Assembly (NCBI RefSeq): GCF_001194135.2
Contig: NC_068987.1
Coordinates: 29,286,676 to 29,336,147, forward strand
Direction: 5' to 3'
DNA from: Octopus bimaculoides
Taxonomy: Eukaryota
Length of the DNA: 49,472 nucleotides
The notes beneath the pieces were generated by a model, which was given only the letters and a program-made list of their open reading frames with translations, did no database searches and was not told the origin of the DNA. How positions within the stretch are numbered: position 1 is the stretch's first letter; every line of letters begins with the position of its first letter. Shown piece by piece: positions 38,452 through 49,472 of this stretch. The position numbers and the translations under genes are program-made.

Positions 38452-39760
38452 TACGAGAAGAAGCTGGAAAATACATAAGCTGAATATGAAAGACCGATGC
38501 TTCAGCTGTGAAATCTTGCATGCATTAATTTCAATACTTCTTATTGTTTTTGTTTTGTTTTGTTATGTTTTTACGGGTAAACTGAAATCTAACGGTTCAA
38601 GAAGAGTTCAAACATAACTACAAACGACTTCTCTGGAAAATGGACAAAATTTTGCATCGAGGTGTTATCGAGTACCGACAAAAAAGGGGTTTAGCCCCTA
38701 AGGACATAAATATTCAGAAGGTTGCAACATTAGGTGATAATTCTCCATCTTTATCAAAAGTGGGCGCGTTAATGTGGGAGGAAAAAAGAGAGTTTTGAAG
38801 ATGACATAACCTCTGCACGTTCTGCAATCGTCACCACCATTGATCGCGTTCAACACATGAAGATGGGTGACATGCTATTGACCACGAATCCGATAGCCAA
38901 AGTTATTGGCTTATCCCGTATAGAGTTGAGAACTTTAGGCACAATGAACTTGGAATGAAGTAGGCTTCTGTTCGGTGGGTGCCATGTCATCTGACACTTT
39001 CTTAAAACCACACGATGCTGAACATATCACGGGAAAATCTGACATATTTTGAGGCAGATACATCTAGTTTCTTTGAAAGTTTCCTGAACCAGAATGAGTG
39101 TTGGTTTCGTTACTTTGAGCCATAGTATTTTCAAAAGATAACAACCGCTTCTCAAATATGAAGGATACAATCAATTTCCAACATGGATACTCGTATAAAA
39201 GTCCATTAGATTTTGTGACAAATGTTGACCGGTTAGAACATAAAAATGAAAACTAACTAACTTTTTTGGAATGCAAAAGAATTGTGTTTATTGACAATAT
39301 CTAAAATGGCTACACCACCAATAGAGAGTACTATGCTAACTTATTGAGGCAATTACGAAAGACCATAAGATAAAACGCGGAGGAACACTGGCGAATTGTG
39401 TCTTGTTTTATCAGAGCAACGCCCCAACTTATAAGTCCTTAGTTTCAATGGCTGCTGTGAAGTGGTTGATCGTTCTTTCTATTCTCCCTGATTTCGCCCC
39501 ATATGAATATTATCTGTTCCTCAACATTAAAATACACTTGGGTGGGAGGCAGCATCACAGTGATGATGTCATATCTGCTTCTGATGACTTTTGTATTCAA
39601 CAGGATGAAAGCCTCTTCACCAATGGGATGTATGTACTGCAGAACAGGTAGAAGACGTGTGAGGATCGCAAGGAGAACTATGTTGAAAAATCAACCTCAT
39701 TTTCTTACCATCCATGAAGGTATCTTGGTCAGCTTCTGAACTTTTCTGCCGAACCTCGTA
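38452..39760 (+). mobile_element. Full-span (about 1.3 kb) decayed mariner
   Basis: TACGAG and CTCGTA termini; MDKILHRGVI, SVRWVP, NECWFRYFEP, YYANLLRQLRK, LFYQSNAP, PDFAPYEYYLF and NYVEK. Confidence 0.9.
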
Positions 39761-39833
39761 GCATGCTAACATTTTTTGCACAAATTCTATTAATTTTGAC
39801 TTACTTTTCCAACCAGTTCTCTGTTTCTTACAG

Positions 39834-39958
39834 GAAACACTTCGGTGAATGAAGGCTGCCAATGCAACACTGACTTGTTAAGAATGCAGTGTCCTTTCAG
39901 GAACGTAAAACTCATTCAGTACTTAAACAGCTTCTGCTCGATGTACAAACACTGCTAG
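39834..39958 (+). CDS. Candidate Cys-rich terminal exon, product unknown
   Basis: Strong acceptor TTCTCTGTTTCTTACAG; only phase 1 is open: NTSVNEGCQCNTDLLRMQCPFRNVKLIQYLNSFCSMYKHC*. Confidence 0.2.
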
Positions 39959-42079
39959 CTTTACATAACACACTTTCGATATTTTCCATTTTCTTAATTC
40001 TATAAAAACGTAAAATTTTTGCATTGATGTTAAATAGTCAAAATTTGGAATTCCGTGTATTTTGGTGACCATAGCCATTCTCAGAACTTAATGTCAAGAA
40101 GGAAGAAAATCTCAGAACAGGAAATTCATTTCAGTGCTTACAACAAAGAGAACTCCGTTTTAGACCAAGGGACTGGTGGTACTGTTAAATCGGTTGCGGA
40201 GCTTAGTCTATCATATAGTGAAGTCATTTGTGTAGATTCTACTCAGTATTGAAGATAAATTTTTAACATATATTTCTAGTCTACATATCTTCTGCATTTT
40301 TCAACAGAAAAAAAAGTTTACCTGTGTGACATCTTCTTAGATAGCAAAAGCTCCTGTAGGTTTTCCTTGATATGTATCCGCACTAATACAATTTAACGAT
40401 CTCTAAGCAGATTATTTTTAAAATGGCATTTCCTATTCAGATTAAGTAAACATTCAAGCTGATGGAGTGTATTCAATACAATAAAATTACCTAGTTTTGA
40501 ACATCGAGAAGTCAAGATATGGATATTTTAAAATTTAATAATCTATAAATTTATAATCAAAACTAACAGAACGACTGCTCATTATAAAGTTTCCCGCTGC
40601 TTACAATTATGACCCATACTTTATATGAAATTTATTTACTGACAATTTGGTTAATTAACTGTCATGTCCATTCATATATCACAGCTAGTATAAGAGATTG
40701 CAAACATTTCACTCTTCGATTATCTCTTTAGTAACACCTCTTGTGGAATGCATACAGACCTCTTAATACGGAAGAAATGTCTATGTTGTCTGATATATGA
40801 ATACCAGCACACACTTACATATTGAGAACAAAAATAGAAAACACTTTAAGAATGTTATCATGGATAAAAGTAAGAGAATGTTTGCAATTTCATCAAAATA
40901 TGCAACCGGTTTCAATTGCTTAAAACATTTTACCATGCAATAAATAAAAAGAAAATATTTTGAATTAAATCAATTTAATTTTTCACGATAGCACTGATGA
41001 AAGTTCACATGTTTTCTTACAAAATTCTCAGTGTTGTCGATTGTTGGTAACTTCCTGATGGTTGCGGCGTCATCATAGTAGTTGTAACAGTTTTAACTAT
41101 GACAGATGTCTATTGTTTCTCACTGACAATGTTGATATTAAGGCGTGTATCGCGACAGAGGGAGACATCTTGTGATTATGATGACAGTAGTAGTTGCAGT
41201 AATGGTAGTGGTCGAAGTAGTGGCTGTGGTGACCTCATTAATAGTAGCTTTAGTGTAGTTGTGACAGTACAGGTGGAAATGGTAGATGCAGCCGATGTAA
41301 TGGGAAAGGTTTGGTCTTCTCCTTCAGGAGCAGGAATCTAGTTGCCCTAGCGGCATTAGTAGTAGAAGCGGAAGTGGTAATAGCAATGGCAGCTTTAGTA
41401 GTAATAATCTTTTCTGTAACATGTAGGGGACTTTGGCACTTACAGTCGATGGAAGATCTAATGCATGTTTAGGTGGAATTATAGTGTGGTGTGGTGATGG
41501 TGCGATTGCAACAACAGTATAGCCTAAACAATAGCTCCTCAAAGGACAATTGTTAGGTATTCTACAGCTGCATTTCGTACTCTCTCAGGAAAACCCGGGT
41601 GCACAATTTCTCGTCTTAATTGTTATGGATGACATTATTATCATTCTGACCATCATTATCACTATTACCAGTAGTAGTAGTAGCAACAGCATCAATGTTG
41701 CTGATATTGTCAGGATGATGTAAGTAAACGAAACGTTAAACTTGTTACTGAACAAGTGGGCTCATATGTTACTCCTAGACATTCTTCTTCTTCTTCTTCT
41801 TCTTCATTTTCCTCTTTATTATTACCACGAATCACTTCTATTTCATTACCATTAGTATTAATGCTAGTATTATCATTACCGATATATATTTTTTATTTAT
41901 ATTGATATTTGTAGCTCTCATATTGTTGTTTGCCACAATTTTAGAAGTAATCAATATTGTTTATGTGATTATTTTCATTGTGATTATCATTATTTATTTT
42001 TGTTACTATAATTATTAATTTTATGTTTGCATTATTATCATTATAATTGTTATAGTAATAATTATGAGAATAGATACAT

Positions 42080-42250
42080 CATTAGACAAAATGCTTATCG
42101 ACATTTCTTCCGGATTTACGCTTTCAGCTCAAATTCCGGCGCATATTCTTTCTGGCTAAATAAGTAACAATCAAGTACAGGGGTCAATATAATAAACTTT
42201 TCCCTTTCCCTACAAGTGCTGGACATGCACCAGAATTTGAAACAGTTATT
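42080..42250 (+). mobile_element. SINE family A, degenerate and internally deleted
   Basis: GACAAAATGCTTATCGACATTTC, CAGCTCAAATTCCG, GGGGTCAATATAAT, ending AATTTGAAACAGTTATT. Confidence 0.65.
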
Positions 42251-42396
42251 AAAATTGCAGCAGGGCAAAACAAGGCAGAACGGAATGGTATTTCTGCTCG
42301 GGGAGGAAATTCGATTTAGGGATATCAATGGAAGGTTTTAGTTTGAGATTAAACTTGTAAAGAGTTAAGCGATGCAATCCATACGACCACACGCTT

Positions 42397-42503
42397 GATT
42401 TTTTAACAGAGTTTTTATACTGTGGTTTTTTAATAGGGTTTTTATACTGTGATTTTTTAATATGGTTTTTATACTGTGATTTTTAATAGGGTTTTTATAC
42501 TGT
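42397..42503. repeat. 27-bp minisatellite x4
   Basis: Consensus GATTTTTTAATAGGGTTTTTATACTGT; units start at 42397, 42424, 42451 and 42478. Confidence 0.95.
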
Positions 42504-43099
42504 AATGACTGTGTTTTGTTTCTGTTAAACTCTCTGTCTTTTATGTTTCACAAGGACGCTAGAGGAACCTTATTAATGTTGTTGACTCTATAGATAAAGA
42601 GAAGTTTTCCAGGGAGACCTTAGTGGAGATAAACATCATACTTGGGTCAAACTCAAGTTTCGTAATTACTACAGACCTAACCATTATCCCTAGTGGTTGC
42701 CTGTTTGCAGTTAATGTTGCTAGGAACATTGTTATATTTCACTAAACTATTATTGTTGTGTGGAATCAGTCACGCCTGCTTGTTTTTTTACCTAGTGTCG
42801 TGAATTTAGGTTTTTTTTCTCAGAAAGGCAGAACACATATTATTATAGAAGTCCTAGTTAAAGAAGGAATCATGGTTATAAGTAAGTCTTCATTTGCAGA
42901 AAGGTTAGAAATTCTAATTTAAATATTGTTAGCGATGCTATATAACATAGATCTAGGATAATTGGATCTAACTAATATATGGGAGGCATTCCTTTGTTTT
43001 GTTCTAGGGATAGTAGTTAACGGCAGTAATTCTAATGTCGAATACAGAAACACACACACACACACGCACACTCCGACAGTGTATACACTCTTGAAGAGT

Positions 43100-44263
43100 T
43101 GTTAACCCACTTTTCATCTCTTCCGTTTTAACGCATTAGGAATAATGGAAGATGACGAGCTAAACTTTCAACAAAGGAAAGTGCAATTGGAAGTTTGAAA
43201 ACGCAGTCGAAGAGCAGAGTCAATTGAGGAAGGTGTTTCAAACAAGACTTATCATTACTCGAATTGGGATAAGTTTGAATCAGATAGACATGTTTAGATT
43301 GTCTATGAGACGTGTTCCAGAAGGCCGAGTACATCTATGAAACCCACAAAGCAAGAAAGTGTACGAGAAATGTTTTGCTAGAGTCGAGGAAAATCTGCGA
43401 ATTTCAAACACAAGCATCCATTGCATTTTGAAATGCTATCACTTGCAAGTTGCATTTCAAGAATAGTGCATGCTCTAAATGATTGAAGCCGGGCCGAAGA
43501 CTGGCGTCTTGCGAGTGATACTGTGTAGGACGTGTAGGAGACACACATGTTCAGCAGACACTGTTTCGAGTAATGAGGCCTTAATTAAACTAAAGTATCC
43601 AATTAACCCCCACAATTCCACTTGTTGGAAATCTGAGAACATAATGGGGGAATATGTTAATTTACCAAGAGTTTGAGTATGGTGTAACTTATCACCAAAA
43701 AGTTCTTATTTTTTGACGCTATTGTGACAGTCCCTGTTACTTGAAATTCCTTTGACAACCTGTCATACCGAGCTTTCAAGAGAACGTTGAAGAGGTGGAG
43801 TTTTATCAACTACATGATGGGGCACCCCCACACTACCATCGTGATATCAGGGTTTATCTTGATGAGATTTTGCCTAACATGTGGATTGGGCGCCGATGTT
43901 CAGTAGCATACCCTCTACATTCACTGGACCTCAGACTAATATACTTTTTTATGGTGTTCTTAAATGATAGCGTTTATGGTACACAGCCTGCAACACTCAG
44001 CAAATTGAATGAATCCATTTAATGAGAATGCGCACACTCATAGAATGAAATGTTTTCTATTTGTTTATGGTTTCGTTCCTTCGCGTTTTCAACAGTGTTT
44101 GGAGCAGAACGGTTATCATTTTCAAAACACCCGTACATAAAACAATTCATTTCTACTTAGAGTCGCTATTATTTTGAAAATGAAATATATTTTAATAAAT
44201 ACTAACAGTAGAATCATTCAATGTGCTTACAGCTTTTTTGTGTGGGGTTGGGTACAACCTGTA
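43100..44263 (+). mobile_element. Tc1/mariner-superfamily relic (maT/DD37D-like transposase)
   Basis: LNFQQRKV, WKFEN, DKFES, SNEALIKL..INPHN, VNLPRV*VWC, HDGAPPHYHRD, WIGR, SLDL and NGYHFQN. Right end ACAACCTGTA; left end unclear. Confidence 0.85.
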
Positions 44264-44391
44264 TATAGAGGAGCATACATACATACATACATACATACAT
44301 ACATACATACATACATAAACACTAATCGGTTGGCTAATTTGTCAGACAAGCACAAGTACAAGTCTTTACTTCAGATTTTTAATTATCATTA

Positions 44392-46120
44392 TTATTATTT
44401 ATTGTCTTTGCACAGCTTCTAACGCTAGAGATGTACTACGGTACCAGCTGTTCAATAGCAGTGCACTAAGGTAACACACCTAATGTTTCGAGCACCATCC
44501 GGAGTATTCAAGCGGTTCTAAGCAGTGCTATTTTCTGAATGTAATTCACTATTATTGCAGCCCATATTTGTTCCATGTATTTCTCAATATATTTACTCGT
44601 TTTTCCCAGGGTTCCAATAGTTATTGGTATTACTACCAACTTTTTCATCAACCACAACTCCTTAACACCCCAAGCTAACCTGTCGTATCTATCGGCTTTT
44701 CTTTCTTTCTTATTGTATACCTTGTTGTCAGCTGGGCATGCCATATGTATGATCCAGCATCGTTTTCTTTCTTTCTCAATTAATTCTAGGTCTGGTTTCC
44801 TATTTTCTATTTCATCGTCGCACTGAATTATAAAATTCCATAGGATCGTTGCTTTATCATTTTCGATGATGCCTTCAGGTTTATGTCCGTACTACTTTTT
44901 TGCTCTGTCAAGTCCATACTTGTTACAACGTGTCGTATGGACAATCCTTGATATATTATCAAGACGTCCCTTATATTCTTTCTGGGCTAGTTGCGTACAT
45001 TGACCGGTGATATGTCATACGGTTTCACCATTTTAGCCAAACATTTTTAGCCATCTTAAAGTGTTTTTAGCCATCACCTTCTGATGTGTTGTCTATTCTG
45101 TATTTGATGTAATTCGTTCTTAATACTTACTGTTCGGTAGCACAGATTAGAGCCTCTGTTTCCAGTTTTAAATCAATTTTATTCATCAATAGCCATCTTT
45201 TTTCTCTGTCTGTCTTATCATCAACATCCCTATGAAATTGTCCAGGAATTCATTTCTTTATCCACTTATTTTCAGTTTCATTCATTCTTAAGTCTTTGTA
45301 CAGTGCTTTATCTTTGCAATCTTCCATTCTATACAAGCCTAACCTTCTTACTCCCAATAATAGAAGTTATGTGGCATTTTGTACATACCATGCTATATCT
45401 TTTGTTTTTTTCTTGCTCTAATGCTGTGTTCGCATCCAATCAGTTCTCTTCCCCATCTTTTTCGTGGTACATACAGTCTGTGTTACTTTTTGGGTGGAGT
45501 ATTCTATATCTAGTCAGCAACTTCACTGTTATTCTGTCTAAGCTGTTTAGTTCGTCTAGTGTCCATGCGATTACCCCTGCTCCATATCTAAAGAGTGAAA
45601 CCACCCAGGTGTTGATAGCTTCAATCTTATTCCGTCCGTTTAATTTCGACTTAACGATCAGTCTCAGTCTGCGCAAGTACTCCACCTTAAATTTTTCTGT
45701 TATTTCATTCTCCATCAATTCATCTCATTTCCAATATCCCTAAGTACTTATAGCCCGTCTCTTCTACCTGCTTCATAACCCACCCCGATAGTATCCCTAG
45801 CCCATCCTTACATTTGATTTTGCCTCTCTTCAAGACTAGTACACCACGCTTTTTCACTCCGAACTCTATTCTGATATCAGCACTGAAAGTATACAACATA
45901 ACGTGGGAATTGATTTGGGTTTCATCTTTACCATAAAGTTTGAGGTCATCCATGAATTTCAAGTGGTTGACACCTTTCTTTTTGCGGCTTTTGAAGACAT
46001 ACCCAGCCTTGCCTTACCTCAGAATTAGTGTTGTGGGGACAGACTGTTCCCTTGGAAGATGCCTGTCCTGATTTCTATTGTCCTTAAACAACTTCCATAT
46101 GCTGTCAGTTCCGTTAAGAC
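44392..46120 (-). mobile_element. R4/Dong-like RLE non-LTR retrotransposon, 5'-truncated (RT, CCHC, RLE, 3' UTR, TAA tail)
   Basis: GIFQGNSLSP, FMDDLKLYGK, YKYLG, SKLNGRNKIEAINTW, HITGQC, EYKGRLD, RKPDL and VVIPITIGTLG; frameshifted. Confidence 0.93.
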
Positions 46121-46143
46121 AATAAAACTAATAGTGACATGAA

Positions 46144-46295
46144 CGATGGGCAAAGGCAATCAGCGACAGAATAAAGGCAAGGCTACGTGAGAACGATAAC
46201 ATTATTTGTAACCTTAAAAAGGTTCATCAATGGAAATTGACCCAAGAAACGAAAAATGTGAACGAAATTCTGAAATACATCAGAACAAAAACATC
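46144..46295 (+). mobile_element. Inverted fragment resembling the pre-RT N-terminal region of R4/Dong-like ORFs
   Basis: NLKKVHQWKLTQETKNVNEILKYIRT resembles, from memory, the motif upstream of the RT in this clade. Confidence 0.5.
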
Positions 46296-46981
46296 ATTAT
46301 TATTATTATTATTATCATTATTATTATTATGATTATTATCATTATTATTATTATTATTGAGTGAGAGAGCAGTGCATGCCATCAAAGTGATACTGGGGTA
46401 TATATACGAAACCCAGTATACGCATCATGACTACCTGTCTGATAAAGGTACATCAGACACATGCATCACAACGATATGTGCGCGACATAGTGATCTCATA
46501 TCAAGATAAACAGCATATGACCTTTCATGTGGATACCCAGTTAGAATTTCCTTCAGGTCGAGTAGCNNNNNNNNNNTCAAGATAAACAGCATATGACCTT
46601 TCATGTGGATACCCAGTTAGAATTTCCTTCAGGTCGAGTAGCCCATCCCGCTCAAAAGGTCTCTGAATAAGGGTTGTTTAAGGATGATTAACAAAACAAC
46701 CATGTTTTCAAAGGTGAATTATCCAAACCCCAAAGAATTCCTCTCAACACGTGGCTACGATGTTCCCCCACTACTTCTGCTCGTGATCAGAGATGCACAT
46801 ACCGTCAGCCACTAGTGGACATGCTCAACTTGTTATGGTCAAGCAACTGACATGCAAATATGAAGTATTGAGCAGGATATTTGCTGTAGCCCATCTTTTA
46901 TACCAAGACAAAACAATTTACATGATAACACTTCCAATCAGTTAAGCCATGAAAGCTACTGCCTGGTACTGCATCAGGGCA
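46295..46981 (-). mobile_element. Non-coding interspersed retroelement with (TAA)n tail
   Basis: No ORF or tRNA head; the minus strand ends CACTGCTCTCTCACTCAATAATAATAAT; both ends abut trinucleotide tracts. I recall it as a common octopod repeat. Confidence 0.55.
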
Positions 46982-47181
46982 TATTATTTTTGTTGTTGTT
47001 GTTGTTGTTAATGTTGTTGTTGTTGTTGTTTTCTCAAAGCTCTTTCACCACACATCCTTTGACCTCCACAGGTCTCATTTTGTTATGATGAATTTATTTT
47101 GTCTTTCTGTGATATGTATCCTAATCTGCGCAAGCGTTTAAGTATGTATTTATGTGTGCGTGTGCATGTGTGCATGTGCGT

Positions 47182-47300
47182 GCTTACGGCCATATAACGC
47201 TGAATGCACTTGTTCTCGATCGATCACGGAAGTTAAGCAACATCGAGTCTAATGAGTACTTAGATGGGTAGCCGCTTGGGAAACATAGGTGATGTAACCA
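47182..47300 (+). rRNA. 5S rRNA-derived sequence (full-length but diverged; pseudogene or SINE head)
   Basis: 119 nt colinear with metazoan 5S: GCTTACGGCCATA, GATCACGGAAGTTAAGCAAC (A box), AGTACTTAGATGGGTAGCCGCTTGGGAA (C box), GGTGATGTAA. Confidence 0.9.
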
Positions 47301-47365
47301 TCTTAAACTTTTACTGGCGATGCCCCAGCATGGCCACAGCCTTAGGGCTGAAACATAAAAGAAAA
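47182..47365 (+). mobile_element. Candidate 5S-derived SINE (SINE3-type)
   Basis: The 5S head is followed by GGCGATGCCCCAGCATGGCCACAGCCTTAGGGCTGAAACATAAAAGAAAA, homologous to the family B SINE tail. Confidence 0.65.
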
Positions 47366-47708
47366 TGTGTGTTCGTGTGTGTGTGTGTATGTGTGTGTGC
47401 ATGAACAGATGTGTAAGTGAAATCGCATTTCTATATAATATCCTGTATACTAACTGGTTAATTAGAATGTAACATAGTATTAAGTCCGAAATAGATATCA
47501 AAAAATATATATGACATCTTAATGTCAGTGTCATCTTCGAAATAAAAGTGATATCAAACTATACATACAACCATCATTGCGTTGCTAGAACCCAACATTT
47601 TCTGCTATGGAAATTATCGTCCTATTTGATAGACATGGAAGTTTATACCTGAAAGTCTGTTATCACTGTATTGTATATAGATTATGAATGGACGATTGAA
47701 TGAACGGA

Positions 47709-47900
47709 GGGATGGATGGATGGATAGATGGATGGATGGATGGATGGACGGACGGACGGATGAATTTGGGCACGTCTGTATGAATGTTTGTACCTATCTA
47801 TGCATGAAGGTATCTGTATGAATTCAGGGATAGATGGATGGATGGCTGGAGGAAGGGACGGATGGATGGACGGACGGAGGTAGGGAGGGAGTAAGGGATG
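47709..47900. repeat. Degenerate (GGAT)n/(GGAC)n microsatellite
   Basis: Read directly. Confidence 0.9.
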
Positions 47901-49071
47901 ATTAGATATATGAATATATATGCATGCATGTATGGATGCACGTTTGTATGCATGTACATATGTTTGCATGTAAGCATGTATGCATGTTCATATGTATACA
48001 CGTATATCTGTATGTATAAAAGTGTACATATAAATATGAAGGTAATTATATCTTATGTGAACATACGTGTGTACGTGTGAGTATGTAACGAGGTTCGATG
48101 TATGTCCATATATTTGTAATATAACAATGTGTGAATGTATCTAAATGTTCTGTTTGGACATATATGATATATGTACGAATTTACGCCTACATATTACATA
48201 CTCGTTTGCCGTGCGTTTAAGGCGACAAGAATGTTCCAGAACAATTTCAAAAGTTCATAATATTTAATATAATATGGTTATCGTCGTATAATAATCCTCG
48301 TAAATTTCTTTGTCATTTTCATCATCATTATCAGCATGAGCCTCTTCATCATCATCGTCATCAACATTACAATCGTAAGCATAATCACAATCGTATTCAT
48401 CACCAATATTAATATCGTAATTATTCTCACTTTTCTTGAAGAATTCTGCTGATCGAAAGAGAACCTTTCTTGTGATATTCAATATGCATTTGACAGGAAG
48501 ATAATTGTAGATGCTAATATCTCCTGAAGGGAAATTGTCCGTGGAAATAGAATTCATGAACGCTACAAGTGTTCTTTGAGTACGATTTCAGTTGTGAATA
48601 TATGCTAATCAGAATGAAAAGTCAATTTTACACAAGTGTTATGAGATCAATATTGAATGAATCTTATATAAATAAAGCTTCGGGAATAACAAAGTGTATT
48701 TAGATTTAGTTTAAAAAGAAAAAAAAAGAATAAAGAAAGTAAGAAAAATGGCATATATTAATTAAGTTACTCGCCATAATTTAAAGAAAAGAAAATTTAC
48801 CTATAGAACTATCTAACAACAGAAAAGCAGGATCGATTCTTTGCTGTTTTACTCATTTACCGGTGTATTTGGAGCGCTGCAGTCTTATTGCGACACTGCT
48901 GTTGAAATTTATATCCGAGATTTCGCTAGTTATCGACTTGAGAAATTTAAATGTCTAAGTTGCCATAAGAACAAAGGGAAGTAACCAGAACGTAAATGGA
49001 CGTAAACAAATACTACAATTAATTTTTCGATGATAGATTATGATATAACCGTTGGTACATATTTGTGAGAG

Positions 49072-49265
49072 TCAATGTAATTGGGAGTGTATTTTCATAA
49101 TCTTGGCGTTCTGCTGGCGCAAATCAGTCAATGTTGTTGACTGTATTTTAGTTAAAGCCATGGCTTCATTAGCGCTGCCCACAGTTGCATCTCTTCGGTA
49201 ATTCTTATTGATTCCCGCTGAGAAGCTAGAAACATCGATGTCTGGGAATCCGACAGGTGACAGCA
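49072..49265 (-). CDS. Candidate terminal exon of a gene lying beyond the right edge of the window
   Basis: Non-repetitive island that looks GC-richer than its flanks; acceptor ATTTCTGTCCAG; open frame LSPVGFPDIDVSSFSAGINKNYRRDATVGSANEAMALTKIQSTTLTDLRQQNAKIMKIHSQLH*. No family recognised. Confidence 0.3.
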
Positions 49266-49429
49266 CTGGACAGAAATGGATTTTTACACCGTCTTTACCT
49301 TAAGAGAAAATATTTTCTCCACGGTAACTGCAGTGAATTTGCCTTTAGCAGTTCACATATGTAACAAACATATTTTTAATAGCCTAAAAATCACTTATGC
49401 CTAAATACTACCTGGCGCTGATATTACTG

Positions 49430-49472
<43 letters not shown>

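Noticed and set aside
41040-41560. Thr/Ala-rich mucin-like frames on the minus strand
   Set aside because: The signal hops between frames with stops; consistent with decayed (TAG/CAT)n trinucleotide sequence.
42397-42503. CRISPR-like array
   Set aside because: Units are contiguous with no spacers, and the context is eukaryotic.
46501-46642. Exact 66-bp direct duplication flanking a 10-N gap
   Set aside because: Identical copies on either side of a minimal gap indicate unmerged overlapping contig ends, not biology.

Overview
AT-rich eukaryotic scaffold segment with eight N-gaps (5410-5796, 7721-8293, 13275-13304, 16748-16761, 23770-23990, 28290-28764, 31284-31293, 46567-46576), most beside (TA)n tracts. 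The SINE families, microsatellite density and element mix suggest a coleoid cephalopod, probably Octopus (inference from memory of these repeats, not a search). I can identify no host protein-coding gene with confidence; most listed ORFs are microsatellite, gap or antisense artefacts. The recognisable coding content is decayed transposons: R4/Dong-like RLE LINE pieces, two different Penelope-like elements in tandem, three mariner relics, a mariner MITE, a maT/DD37D-type Tc1-mariner relic and a hAT MITE with an 8-bp TSD. There are also about 15 tRNA-derived SINE pieces. The most interesting observations are a 5S rRNA head joined to the tail shared by the tRNA-SINEs (candidate SINE3), a 136-bp near-identical copy of flanking DNA that replaces part of an old mariner, a 275-bp indel-free hairpin, and twin hammerhead-like cores at the end of a Penelope element. 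A few orphan exon candidates are reported at low confidence. I found no well-supported new biological system.
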